Positions 28,018 to 38,008 of a DNA stretch of 64,000 bases are shown in pieces. The stretch is from a virus. The notes below the pieces were generated by a model. It did no database searches, was not told where the DNA came from, and worked only from the letters and a program-made list of their open reading frames with translations. Position 1 is the stretch's first letter, and each line of letters begins with the position of its first letter. The translations under genes and the position numbers were made by a program. The DNA lies in IMG/VR virus record IMGVR_UViG_3300031227_000015, one strand, 5' to 3'.

Positions 28018-28046
28018 TTTACAACTTCAGAATTTTAGTGTATAAT
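28018..28046 (+). promoter_or_regulatory. sigma70 promoter, with a divergent partner near 27984-28012
   Basis: TTTACA-17nt-TATAAT. Confidence 0.65.
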
Positions 28047-28062
28047 AATTGTATGAATATTT

Positions 28063-28452
28063 ATGAAAGGAGTGTTGATAGTGATGATGGAATTGGAATT
28101 GGAATGTTACGCTGTAATTAGGAAAGGTAATAAATGGTCATTAGGGAAGATTGAAGGCTTAGAATTCATATCTCATAAGAAGATAAAAAAATTAGGTGAT
28201 GTAAAAGATGTGTCCTCATATGTTTCCCTCAAAAAATATTTGGCTGACAATGAAATGGATGCTTCATTAGAGGGATTTATATTAAAAGAGATGGAATGTG
28301 ATAGTATGTATATTCTAACAAGTGAAAAATCATATGAATGGGATAAGAATTGGTGGAAGGAGTACAATGCTGAATGTATGAAATGTTCTAAGGACTGCAA
28401 ACAAAGTTATTTAGCCGATATATGGAGTTGTAAAGATTATGACGGAGAGTAA
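28063..28452 (+). CDS. Hypothetical protein with Cys-rich C-terminus
   Basis: CMKC..DCKQS...C..Y. Confidence 0.55.
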   Translation: MKGVLIVMMELELECYAVIRKGNKWSLGKIEGLEFISHKKIKKLGDVKDVSSYVSLKKYLADNEMDASLEGFILKEMECDSMYILTSEKSYEWDKNWWKEYNAECMKCSKDCKQSYLADIWSCKDYDGE

Positions 28453-28768
28453 AATTACAGAATATCCAAATGGTGATAAAAAATGGTACTTAAATGGTAA
28501 ACTTCATAGAACAGATGGTCCTGCTATAGAATGTATTAATGGTGATAAGGAATGGTACTTGAATGGTGAACATCATAGAGGAGACGGACTTCCCGCTATA
28601 GAATATATAGATAGTACTAAAATATGGTGCCTGAATAATGAACTTCATAGGGAAGATGGCCCTGCTATAGAATATGCTAATGGTGATAAAAGATGGTTCC
28701 TAAATGGTAAACCAGTAACGCAAAACGAAGTAGAATGGAATGCTATAAAGGACTTATTTGTGCTATGA
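28439..28768 (+). CDS. LHREDGPA-repeat protein
   Basis: Three repeats. Confidence 0.65.
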   Translation: MTESKITEYPNGDKKWYLNGKLHRTDGPAIECINGDKEWYLNGEHHRGDGLPAIEYIDSTKIWCLNNELHREDGPAIEYANGDKRWFLNGKPVTQNEVEWNAIKDLFVL

Positions 28769-30165
28769 TAGAAAAGAATTTAGATAGTGATTTCCTTGAG
28801 AAACTTATGATCAAGGCTATGTTAGTGGACAAAAGGTTCCTTGCCATATGTTCTTCTGTGTTTGAACCTGAATACTTTGATAATTCCTCCGCTTCTGCAA
28901 TATTCAAATACACTTCCGACTACTTAGAAGAATATAATGGTATACCAGAAATGCTATCCATAATAAATTCCACTAAAGATGGTGATAGACAAGAGATAAA
29001 GGATTTTCTATCTGATGTGAATTCTGTTGATTTTAATATATCTAAGAATTATGATTTTCTATTCACCCAAACTAATGGATACCTTAAAGTCCAATCATTA
29101 AAAAAAGCAATCATGGATTCTGTTAATATTATTGATGAGGGTTCTGATGTAGAAGCTATAAGAGAAAAAATTGAAAATGCTCTATCTAAAGACCTTAAAA
29201 TAGATTTGGGTTTGAAATATTTTGAGGATTTAGGGGAGCGTTTAAGAAGAATATTTACAGCAAGTAACATAAGGGTGCCCACATTTTTTCCTGTTTTTGA
29301 TGAATTTATTTCAGGGGGGTTTCCACCATTCACATTATCAGTTTTGGTTGCTCGTATACATGGATTTAAGTCAAACCTACTAGCCAATTTTGCTACCCGC
29401 CAAGTATTACATGGTAAGAATGTAGTACTCATGACCCTTGAAATGGCACAAGATGCTTTCGCTCAAAGGTTTGACTCAATTTATTCCTTATCTGATATCA
29501 ATAGAATGTATGTATCTGATGCGTATAAGATAAAATTAACCAAGGCTCTAAAGGAAGTAAAGGCAACGGAAGGAAGAGGTGAATTATTCATTAAGCAATT
29601 CCCTACTGGTGATGCTTCCGTGAGAGATTTTAAAACATACCTAAGAGAGTTACTGATAAGGGATATAAAGCCTGATATTTTGATGTGTGATTATATAAAT
29701 CTTATGAAACCCGCAATGAAAGGTAATGAGGGTATATATTCTTCTGTTAAAAGGATAGCGGAAGAACTTCGTGCTCTAAGTTTTGAATTTGAAGTTCCCG
29801 TTTTATCAGTAAGTCAATTAAACAGAGAGGGAGGGTTTGTAGGATTTGAAGAATTGAGTTTTAATTATATAGCAGAATCATTAGGATTACCGGCAACAGC
29901 GGATTTTATGGCTATAATGGGTGTTGATGAGGATAGTTTAGTATATGAATCTGAACTGCATGGAAAGATAGTAAAGAATAGACTTGGAGGTAGAGTGGGG
30001 GAAAGGTTTACTATGTATTACGATTCTAGAACTCTAAAGATGTGGGATGAGTCGGAACTTAATGATTGGATTTTAGCAGGGGGAAAATCTGGAGATGAAA
30101 GAAATTTATTTGAGCCAGGAGAAAGAGGAAGGCAAACAAACGGAAGGAGAAGAAATGCCAATTAA
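28765..30165 (+). CDS. gp41: Replicative DnaB-like helicase (T4 gp41-like)
   Basis: TLEM, R.DS, IKQFPTG, CDYINLM, AEELRA, SQLNR, AESLGL.ATADF, KNR.G. Confidence 0.92.
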   Translation: MIEKNLDSDFLEKLMIKAMLVDKRFLAICSSVFEPEYFDNSSASAIFKYTSDYLEEYNGIPEMLSIINSTKDGDRQEIKDFLSDVNSVDFNISKNYDFLFTQTNGYLKVQSLKKAIMDSVNIIDEGSDVEAIREKIENALSKDLKIDLGLKYFEDLGERLRRIFTASNIRVPTFFPVFDEFISGGFPPFTLSVLVARIHGFKSNLLANFATRQVLHGKNVVLMTLEMAQDAFAQRFDSIYSLSDINRMYVSDAYKIKLTKALKEVKATEGRGELFIKQFPTGDASVRDFKTYLRELLIRDIKPDILMCDYINLMKPAMKGNEGIYSSVKRIAEELRALSFEFEVPVLSVSQLNREGGFVGFEELSFNYIAESLGLPATADFMAIMGVDEDSLVYESELHGKIVKNRLGGRVGERFTMYYDSRTLKMWDESELNDWILAGGKSGDERNLFEPGERGRQTNGRRRNAN

Positions 30166-30315
30166 AAAGGTAATAGGTGCTCTTTTATTAATGATGACCT
30201 TGGTAATAGCTAATTCATGGTTGTTTATTGTATTGGGTTTTGGTGCTCTTGTTCATCTTTATAGTATATTATTGGTGATTTTCATGGGAGTAGTTGGAAT
30301 ATATTGGTTATTCTC

Positions 30316-30978
30316 ATGAAAGAAACTAATCAAACATATGTAGATGTTTCCAGAGTCAATGTGTTTCCTATAACTTGTAAGGATGCTAAACCTATAATAG
30401 TTAATAATCATTACTCTCATAAATGGACTTCTTGTAGGTATGCTTATGGTGTTTATTATGATGAAATATTGATAGGTTGTGTTGTGTATGGCCCACCTGT
30501 AGGAAGACAAGTAGTTGATTCCATTACCAAAACAATACCTTTAGAAAGAAAAGGAGTTATGGAGCTTACTCGTCTTTGGGTAGCTGATGGTTATGGTACT
30601 AATATTGAGTCTTATAGCATAGGTCAGACCTTCAAATATCTAAGAAAGGGAGGTATAAAGGTAATAATATCATATGCTGACCCTAATGTAGGGCATCTTG
30701 GTAAAATATATCAAGCAACAAATTTTATATATCAAGGTAATCAAATAATGTTGGTAACGGCATACAAGTTTACAGTTAAAGGAGAAGTTCTACATCCAAG
30801 AACAGTGGTTGCTCGTTATGGAAGTATAAAGGATGTGGTATTGAGAGAAGTCGATCCCAATTACACAAAGAAAGAGGATTTAAGGAAGCATCGTTACATT
30901 TATATATTGGCAGGTAAGAAGGAAAGAAAGGCTATAATAGATGATCTTAAACATGAAAAGAAGGAGTATGTAAAATGA
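30316..30978 (+). CDS. Mom-like DNA-modifying GNAT acyltransferase
   Basis: NHYSH, GCVVYG, ELTRLW, N.ES, ISYAD...GH.G.IYQATNF.Y.G. Confidence 0.8.
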   Translation: MKETNQTYVDVSRVNVFPITCKDAKPIIVNNHYSHKWTSCRYAYGVYYDEILIGCVVYGPPVGRQVVDSITKTIPLERKGVMELTRLWVADGYGTNIESYSIGQTFKYLRKGGIKVIISYADPNVGHLGKIYQATNFIYQGNQIMLVTAYKFTVKGEVLHPRTVVARYGSIKDVVLREVDPNYTKKEDLRKHRYIYILAGKKERKAIIDDLKHEKKEYVK

Positions 30979-31125
30979 AGTTTAAATATTTAGTGTTAGG
31001 GAATCATCCTATATCGAAATATGTTAATAAGAGATGTTTAACGGGAGAAGAAGCAAATAATGTAAAGAATGAATTAGTAGCTATAGGATATGAAGTCATA
31101 ATAGAAACTATAAAGGAGGAGAACA

Positions 31126-31485
31126 ATGAAAGATAAAGAATTGAGAAAGGCTATATCACTTGATGGTAATGAATTTGATTCATCCTATAATATACCTCGT
31201 AGAAACATGACTGATATAAAGAGGATGCAAGATGAGATATATTTACTAAGAAAACATGTGACATTACTAACAGATAAGATAGGATATGAGTTTAGGTATC
31301 AAAATAGTTATCCTGACGTTGAGTTAATTGAGGTTCCAAAAAATTATCCAGAAAAATATCCCGATAAAGATGTAGAGGAAGCATGCCCTCACTTTATATA
31401 CCCCCACTTTGTATGCCCTTATGAAGGATCTCTAAAAGAAGAGGTAGTCGTAACACCAAATCCATCAAGAAAGGAACATCCATAA
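31126..31485 (+). CDS. Hypothetical protein
   Basis: AGGAGG RBS. Confidence 0.5.
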   Translation: MKDKELRKAISLDGNEFDSSYNIPRRNMTDIKRMQDEIYLLRKHVTLLTDKIGYEFRYQNSYPDVELIEVPKNYPEKYPDKDVEEACPHFIYPHFVCPYEGSLKEEVVVTPNPSRKEHP

Positions 31486-31502
31486 AAGAGGGGGTTTGCA
31501 AT

Positions 31503-32153
31503 ATGTTGATAAAAAATAAAGGAACACAACTGAAAATAGACTCTGATAAAGACAATCCTGACTTCACTATAAAAACTAATTTATTTGTAAAGAGTATATG
31601 GTATAGGATTACCTTAGCATATTCAACCCTTTTCAATAATGTGGAAATAACTTCTGTATGCAATTTCAATAATAATAAAGAAGTTGAACAAACCATAGAT
31701 GTATTGAAAAGTATGATTGATATACCGACCTTCAATGTTATGAGATCTTTACCTGAAGCAATTTTACCTACTAAGGCCCATGCAAGTGATGTGGGGTATG
31801 ATCTTTATTCCCCTATAGAATTTAGATTGAACCCGGGTGAAACAAGACGTATAGACTTTGGTATCATTATAGATATAGACCCGGGATATGAAATACAGGT
31901 TAGAAATAGGTCAGGAATTGTATGGAAATATAATACTATGATGGCTATAGGTACAGGTACTATAGATGAATCTTACAGAGGTCATATAATGGCCCCATTC
32001 TATAATTTCGGTAGAGAACAAATGCAATTCAGTCGTGGGGACCGTTTAGCACAATTGGTAATAAAGAAAACAGAAGGGGTGATATTGAAAGAAGGAAAGG
32101 TAAATTTAGATACAGAAAGGAAGGATAATGGCTTTGGTTCTTCTGGAAAATGA
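31503..32153 (+). CDS. dut: dUTPase with N-terminal extension
   Basis: GYDL, RSG, GTIDESYRG, GDRLAQLV, R...GFGSSG. Confidence 0.92.
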   Translation: MLIKNKGTQLKIDSDKDNPDFTIKTNLFVKSIWYRITLAYSTLFNNVEITSVCNFNNNKEVEQTIDVLKSMIDIPTFNVMRSLPEAILPTKAHASDVGYDLYSPIEFRLNPGETRRIDFGIIIDIDPGYEIQVRNRSGIVWKYNTMMAIGTGTIDESYRGHIMAPFYNFGREQMQFSRGDRLAQLVIKKTEGVILKEGKVNLDTERKDNGFGSSGK

Positions 32154-32728
32154 ATCGTAAACAACAATTAATGCTTAAATTATTGAATAAGAGAATACAG
32201 ATGTGTGAAAGATGCGGGCTTCATAGTGGTGGTAGATGTTCTCCATACTTTACAAATGAATCCAAATTTACAATCATAGGCGAAGCACCCGGTAAAAATG
32301 AAGTGAACGACAATACTCCATTTTGTGGTACCGCTGGTAAGTATTTATGGGACATTATGAATTTATACGGGTTTCGTAGAGAGGAATTCCTTATTATCAA
32401 TAGTGTAAATTGTAGACCTGTAAAGGATAATAAGAACGGTAAACCAACATACAAGGAAATGGAAGCATGTAAAGGATGGCTCTACAAATACCTTAGAGTA
32501 TTGTTACCAGAAGCCGTATTAATATTAGGTAATTATGCCATGTATTCAATGATAAATGAGAGTCAAGGAATTATGGGTTACAATGGTGATGTTATAGATC
32601 TTCATAAGTACCATACCAAAGGAGTGCTAAGTGTCCATCCAAGTTTATGTATCTATCGTGGTTCAGAAGGTAAACAAATGTTAAATGATAGTGTAAAAAA
32701 GTTTAAGGAGGTTGTGGATAATGACTGA
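32150..32728 (+). CDS. Uracil-DNA glycosylase family 4
   Basis: C..C.L, IGEAPG..E, PF.G.AG, N.V.CRP, HPS. Confidence 0.9.
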   Translation: MNRKQQLMLKLLNKRIQMCERCGLHSGGRCSPYFTNESKFTIIGEAPGKNEVNDNTPFCGTAGKYLWDIMNLYGFRREEFLIINSVNCRPVKDNKNGKPTYKEMEACKGWLYKYLRVLLPEAVLILGNYAMYSMINESQGIMGYNGDVIDLHKYHTKGVLSVHPSLCIYRGSEGKQMLNDSVKKFKEVVDND

Positions 32729-32909
32729 TAATGGTTCTTTTATTGTATTTGGAGTATTTATAGGTGCCTTTCTAATGTTTATTCTGTTGGCTGCTTTAGG
32801 AGATACTTATAAGAATGGTCAAATAGATGCTTTGAGTGATACAGTTAAATATGAGTTGGTTAAACAAGACAATGATAGTGTTCAATGGCAAAGAATAGGG
32901 GATAAGTAA
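32721..32909 (+). CDS. Small membrane protein
   Basis: N-terminal TM segment; YKNGQIDAL. Confidence 0.5.
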   Translation: MTDNGSFIVFGVFIGAFLMFILLAALGDTYKNGQIDALSDTVKYELVKQDNDSVQWQRIGDK

Positions 32910-32921
32910 AGGGGGTTTATT

Positions 32922-33137
32922 ATGTATTATATTAAATCTTTAGATAGTAATTTTGATACAAATGAATTACTAAAAGCATCTAAGGCAGTATATATAGCTA
33001 TTGATAAGGAAATAGCAGATCACTTATCTAATCTATTAGCCACATCTGCAAGTGAGATTGATTTATTAAGAAAAGATTTGAAAGTGATGGTTAATATGTT
33101 AGAAGGTAATCAGATGAATTGTGATAAATACATATAA
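32922..33137 (+). CDS. Hypothetical protein
   Basis: ORF with RBS. Confidence 0.45.
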   Translation: MYYIKSLDSNFDTNELLKASKAVYIAIDKEIADHLSNLLATSASEIDLLRKDLKVMVNMLEGNQMNCDKYI

Positions 33138-33636
33138 AACTTTTGAGGAAAGAGTAGAAATGAAGGAATGGGGGATAAGTAAAATGGTAAATGAGGAATC
33201 AAAACAGGTAAAGTTCTATGGGTATAAACATCCGTTAAGTAATTTTTATGAATCAGATTTTCGTATAGGTAGTTTCATATATCCCACCATGGAACACTAT
33301 TTCCAATCCCAGAAGAGTTCTAATCATTGGGAACGAATAGATATATTGATGGCTGATGGTCCTAAAGAAGCAAAACAAATGGGGAGAGAAGTAGAAGAAT
33401 TGAGAGATAATTGGGAAACTAAGAGACTGATATATATGTGGAAAGGACTAAATGCCAAGTTTGATCAGTCTAAGTACCTCAAAAAATATTTATTAGATAC
33501 TGGTAATGCAGAACTGGTAGAGAATAGCCCATATGATTCATTTTGGGGTCGCGGTAAAGACTGGGAAGGTGAAAACAAATTGGGAAAAATGCTGATGAAG
33601 CTCAGAGAGGATTTGAAGGATGAAACTCAGACTTAA
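33121..33636 (+). CDS. NADAR/YbiA family hydrolase
   Basis: LSNFY, T.EHYFQ..K, AK..GR, KF.Q, LVE.SPYD.FWG, G.N.LG..LM..R. Confidence 0.9.
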   Translation: MINTYKTFEERVEMKEWGISKMVNEESKQVKFYGYKHPLSNFYESDFRIGSFIYPTMEHYFQSQKSSNHWERIDILMADGPKEAKQMGREVEELRDNWETKRLIYMWKGLNAKFDQSKYLKKYLLDTGNAELVENSPYDSFWGRGKDWEGENKLGKMLMKLREDLKDETQT

Positions 33637-33913
33637 AACTTTAAATGATCTAAAAAAGGAATTTGGAGTAGCCAATATAGGTTCCACACTAAAGCTTAAT
33701 GGTTGTGAGGAAACAATTACTTCTGGTATGGAGAAATATTTTGATGGTGAAGAATTGGAGGTAACTGAGTTGAAAGAGGAAGGAGAAGGTGTATTCATAG
33801 AATTTAATGTTGATGGTGGGTATTGGTGGATTAATAGAAAGTGGATTGATAGAGGCTATAGAATTGATTATGATGATATAGACTATTTATTTGAGAAGGA
33901 GGTTGGTGGGTAA
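33620..33913 (+). CDS. Hypothetical protein, paralog of 34263
   Basis: GG.W....WID....I.YDDI..LF. Confidence 0.55.
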   Translation: MKLRLKTLNDLKKEFGVANIGSTLKLNGCEETITSGMEKYFDGEELEVTELKEEGEGVFIEFNVDGGYWWINRKWIDRGYRIDYDDIDYLFEKEVGG

Positions 33914-34266
33914 TGAAACATTTCGTATATGAAACCACAAATTTAATTAATGGAAGAAAGTATATAGGTAAGCACTCTACTAACAATATGGAGGATGGGT
34001 ATTTAGGGTCAGGTACAGGAATATCTTTAGATATTCAAAAATATGGTAAAAAGCATTTTAAGATAAAAATACTCAAGAAATTCAAAACTGAAGACGAGGC
34101 TTACCATTATGAAAGTAAGAAGTTAAAGAAAATAATGGAGAGTAAAAGAGAATACTACAATAGGATTTCAGGAGGAACGGGTAAAAAGGTAAAGGTCACA
34201 AAAGAAAAGAAGGAAAAACCTAAAAATATACTGAAATCTTTACAAGGGATATTTAAAAAATCATGA
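33913..34266 (+). CDS. Short Seg-like GIY-YIG endonuclease
   Basis: VYETTNLINGRKYIGKHST..DGYLGSG, YYN...GG. Confidence 0.8.
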   Translation: MKHFVYETTNLINGRKYIGKHSTNNMEDGYLGSGTGISLDIQKYGKKHFKIKILKKFKTEDEAYHYESKKLKKIMESKREYYNRISGGTGKKVKVTKEKKEKPKNILKSLQGIFKKS

Positions 34267-34514
34267 ATATACGATTTAAAAGATTGAAAGACATAGATAA
34301 CAGATTTGATTTAACTGGTTCTATAGAAGAGTATTTTACGGGTAAATCATATGAGATAATAAACAAATCGGAACCTTATAGAGCAGAGGGGTTTGAATGG
34401 GTTACGATAGATTTTCCTCACGGAGGTTCGTGGCGGTTCCAAACAGACTGGATTGACAATGGACCTATAATATGTTACGATGATATATTGAATTTATTTA
34501 AGGAGGAACTGTAA
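34263..34514 (+). CDS. Hypothetical protein, paralog of 33620
   Basis: Shared C-terminal motif. Confidence 0.55.
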   Translation: MNIRFKRLKDIDNRFDLTGSIEEYFTGKSYEIINKSEPYRAEGFEWVTIDFPHGGSWRFQTDWIDNGPIICYDDILNLFKEEL

Positions 34515-34515
34515 A

Positions 34516-37059
34516 ATTTTTATTAATAGCTTTTATGAATCTAAGAACTCAACCATGCATATATGGGAACAAGTAGACGGTGAGAATAATTATTTTTCTG
34601 AATACTGGGTACCATATATCTTCATTCAAACCCCTGTAGGTAAACTCAAAACTATTGATGGTCTACCAGCATCTAAAAGAGAGTTTGAAACCTATCAAGA
34701 TTATTACTCCTTCAATAAGAATTATCATGACAATATATTAGAGAATAATGTACGACCTGAAATACAATACCTTGCTGAAAAGTATCATGATATACCTGAT
34801 AATGACATACCTACACCCAAACTCACCATATATTATATAGATATTGAATGTTATGCTCCGAAAGGTTTTACTCATGCTCATTTAGCTGAACATCCTGTTA
34901 CAGCAATATCGGTAAGGAACAGTATTACAGGGAAAACGGTAACCTTTGGGGAAAAAGAATATTCCGGTAATGATAAAAATATTATATACATCCATTGTCC
35001 GAAAGAGAAAGAGTTACTTAGAAAGTTCTTTGCCTATATGAATAAGTACCCACCTTCAATTGTTTCGGGGTGGAATATATGGGGGTTCGATATCCCTTAC
35101 CTCATAAATCGAGACAAGAAGATCAATAGAGGTAAGTATTATAGTGGCTTATCTCCTATTAATATTGTCAGGACATGGAGAAGTAAAAAGAGTGGTGAAC
35201 TGAATATTGATATAGCAGGTATTACTATACTTGATTATATGGATATCTATAAATGGTACTCTCCTAATAAGTTAGAGCGTTATAGCTTAGAATATGTCTC
35301 TCAGTTTGAATTGGGTAAAGGTAAGTTAGATTATTCTGATGATGCTGAAGACCTTAGAGAGTTGTATAATAAGGATTGGAACAAATATATTGATTATAAT
35401 GTAATGGACTGTGAACGAGTAAACGACTTAGGTAAAAAGCTTGGTTACATAAGACTAATACAATCACTGTCATTACTTACAAGAGTTCCGATGCGTTATT
35501 ACAATACCATGACTAATTTAATTGAGGGTGCTCTACTTGTTCATTATAGGAGAGAAGGACTATGCGCTCCTCAAATGTTTGGCGGTTCACAAGAATATTT
35601 TACAGCGGCATATGTGAAAGAACCCCAAAAGGGTATGCATGATTGGTTATTTAGCATTGATATTCAGAGTTCATATCCGTCGCACATCATAGCCCTTAAT
35701 ATGAGTACGGAAACATACTTTGGGAGAATTTTAGGATTAAACGAGGATACTATTATTGAATGTATGAAGAATAAGGAATTTCCTCCCTTTAAGATGTCAA
35801 AACCTAATGTTAAGCCTGTTGATTTTAGTAATAAGAGATTGGAAGGATTTAATAAAGCTCTGAAAAGGAAATTGTTTTCTATTGCTCCTTGTGGTACTGT
35901 CTTTATCAACGGTAAACCAGGTGTTATAGCCACTATTGAAAGAAATATATTCGAAAAGCGTTTAGAAGTTAAAAAATTAATGAGAGAATCTAAAGGAGAA
36001 GAAAGGGAAAGATATAGAGCAGTTCAATTATGTTTAAAGATTTTACTTAATAGTATGTTTGGTTGTACAGCAGTACCTTACTCCAGATATTTCAATACTA
36101 ATATATCAGAAGCTATAACTTCGTGTGGTAGATATACAGTTAAATCAGGTGAAAGATATGCTAATAAATATATGAATGAAAAAGTGGGAACAGATGAGGA
36201 TTTTATTGTGGCTATTGATACGGATTCGTTGTATATTCGTATGAATGATTTCTGTGAACATCATATAGGAAAGGGGATATGGGCATCTAAGACAGACAGG
36301 GAGAAGGTTGATATAATTGATGATATTAGTAACTATATTAATGATTATATAAACCAACATATATATAGTAATGTTCAATTAAATATTTATAATTCTATCG
36401 TAGAAGATTTTCCTATAAGGTTTGCTAAGGAGAAAATAGCTAAGTCCGGATTGTTTGTGGCTAAAAAGATGTATTCCGTTAGATGTTTGTGGATTGAAGG
36501 TTCGTATCTTGATAAAATTTCTACAACAGGATTAACAATAGTTCGTGGTGACAGTTCTGAAGCTGTTCGTAGTCGTTTGAAAAATATAATGGAAATGATT
36601 ATGAAAGATGAACCCGAAGAAGATATCATTGATAAGATTGGTAAGTATAAGAAAGAATTGAGGAGTGTGAGCTTAGAAGAATTGGCCGCTAATATAGGTG
36701 TATCAAACATAACAAAATGGGTAAAAGATGAAAAAGCTATTAAAGGTACACCTTGGCATGTTAAGGGTGCCATAAATTACAGGAAGCTATTGAAGTTATT
36801 AGAATTGAAAGATAAATATGAAGATATAAGTGAAGGTATGAAGGTCAAGGTGGTATATGTAAAACCTAACCAATGGAATATAGAAACCATATCCTTCTAT
36901 AAGTGGCCTAAAGAGTTTGAAAAGGTAATTCAAATTGATAAGGAAAAAATGATAGAAAAATTCTTCCTCAAGAAGGTGGGTATTCTATTGAAGCCTATGA
37001 ATAAATTATATATGCTATCAATGGATTCAGGAAAGTCACTGGGACTATTCTTTAAATGA
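34516..37059 (+). CDS. gp43: Family B DNA polymerase (T4 gp43-like); probable ATT start, first ATG at 34555
   Basis: DIE, GWN..GFDIPY, YN..D, DIQSSYPS, K...NSMFG, DTDS, KKMY; C-terminal SLGLFF clamp-binding-like motif. Confidence 0.95.
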   Translation: MFINSFYESKNSTMHIWEQVDGENNYFSEYWVPYIFIQTPVGKLKTIDGLPASKREFETYQDYYSFNKNYHDNILENNVRPEIQYLAEKYHDIPDNDIPTPKLTIYYIDIECYAPKGFTHAHLAEHPVTAISVRNSITGKTVTFGEKEYSGNDKNIIYIHCPKEKELLRKFFAYMNKYPPSIVSGWNIWGFDIPYLINRDKKINRGKYYSGLSPINIVRTWRSKKSGELNIDIAGITILDYMDIYKWYSPNKLERYSLEYVSQFELGKGKLDYSDDAEDLRELYNKDWNKYIDYNVMDCERVNDLGKKLGYIRLIQSLSLLTRVPMRYYNTMTNLIEGALLVHYRREGLCAPQMFGGSQEYFTAAYVKEPQKGMHDWLFSIDIQSSYPSHIIALNMSTETYFGRILGLNEDTIIECMKNKEFPPFKMSKPNVKPVDFSNKRLEGFNKALKRKLFSIAPCGTVFINGKPGVIATIERNIFEKRLEVKKLMRESKGEERERYRAVQLCLKILLNSMFGCTAVPYSRYFNTNISEAITSCGRYTVKSGERYANKYMNEKVGTDEDFIVAIDTDSLYIRMNDFCEHHIGKGIWASKTDREKVDIIDDISNYINDYINQHIYSNVQLNIYNSIVEDFPIRFAKEKIAKSGLFVAKKMYSVRCLWIEGSYLDKISTTGLTIVRGDSSEAVRSRLKNIMEMIMKDEPEEDIIDKIGKYKKELRSVSLEELAANIGVSNITKWVKDEKAIKGTPWHVKGAINYRKLLKLLELKDKYEDISEGMKVKVVYVKPNQWNIETISFYKWPKEFEKVIQIDKEKMIEKFFLKKVGILLKPMNKLYMLSMDSGKSLGLFFK

Positions 37060-37064
37060 AAATA

Positions 37065-37093
37065 TTTACATATAGGTTTGAATATGATAAGAT
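37065..37093 (+). promoter_or_regulatory. sigma70 promoter
   Basis: TTTACA-17nt-TAAGAT. Confidence 0.55.
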
Positions 37094-37115
37094 AGACTAA
37101 TGAAAGGAGATTAAA

Positions 37116-37469
37116 ATGGAAATTAAAAGATCGTCGTGGCATTATAAATTGAATCATATGAGTAGGTCTGAAAATAGTAATGATAATCTGTGTTTATATT
37201 TTTGGAGTTTAGTAGGGAAATTAGCATTCATCTCATTTACTATTTCTATACTGGGTATTTTTGTCTTCGCCTTTTGTACAAGCCCATTTATAATTTCTAA
37301 CACAATTTTGGTTTTGTTTATACTTTCTTTAGCAATCATTCCTCCATTAACAATTCATTATATCAGGAAAATGTTGGGAAAACCTCTTGAAATGCCTGGT
37401 GAGAATATTGTAATAGAATATATGAAAGCAAAGAAAGGAAAATTTTGTCCGTTTATAAAATATGTATAA
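37116..37469 (+). CDS. Two-TM membrane protein
   Basis: SWHY, LC.YFW, two hydrophobic helices, K.K.CP. Confidence 0.6.
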   Translation: MEIKRSSWHYKLNHMSRSENSNDNLCLYFWSLVGKLAFISFTISILGIFVFAFCTSPFIISNTILVLFILSLAIIPPLTIHYIRKMLGKPLEMPGENIVIEYMKAKKGKFCPFIKYV

Positions 37470-37517
37470 AAAGGCATTAAGAGAAAGGAGGATTGAATAA
37501 AAGATGGGAGATAAATT

Positions 37518-37763
37518 ATGAAACTTAATCGTTGTCCAAGGTGTAACTCAGAGATGAAAATAAGTGATATAGATGGTGATATAAAAAATTCTCCTAAAGT
37601 AACATTTTATTGTTCTAATCAAAAATGTTTATGGAATATGACCTGTTTTTGGGATGACCTTTCAACAAAACCTGAACATAGCAGAAAATTTCTATTGAAG
37701 AAGATGAAAAAACAATGGAATGAGGGAACTAGAAAATTTAGGAAGAAGGTTAAACTATGGTAA
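37518..37763 (+). CDS. Zinc-ribbon protein (Lar-like pattern)
   Basis: L..CPRC...C....C...WN. Confidence 0.5.
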   Translation: MKLNRCPRCNSEMKISDIDGDIKNSPKVTFYCSNQKCLWNMTCFWDDLSTKPEHSRKFLLKKMKKQWNEGTRKFRKKVKLW

Positions 37764-38008
37764 TATTGATTAATCAGGATTGGTGAAAAGAGGAGTAAAA
37801 TATGGAATGGTTAACTACAAGGACATGGGAATACAAAGTTGAATATAAAAAGTGCTGGCATACGTGGTTTGCATGGCATCCTATTGTTATCAAAAGGTAT
37901 CCTGATGGGTCCTTAAAAAATTATGGTTAACAAGGGTATTAAGGAAGGGTGAAATTTGGACTTGTTGGGATGATCAAGGTTTTAATTATGAATACAAGAA
38001 AATTGTAA

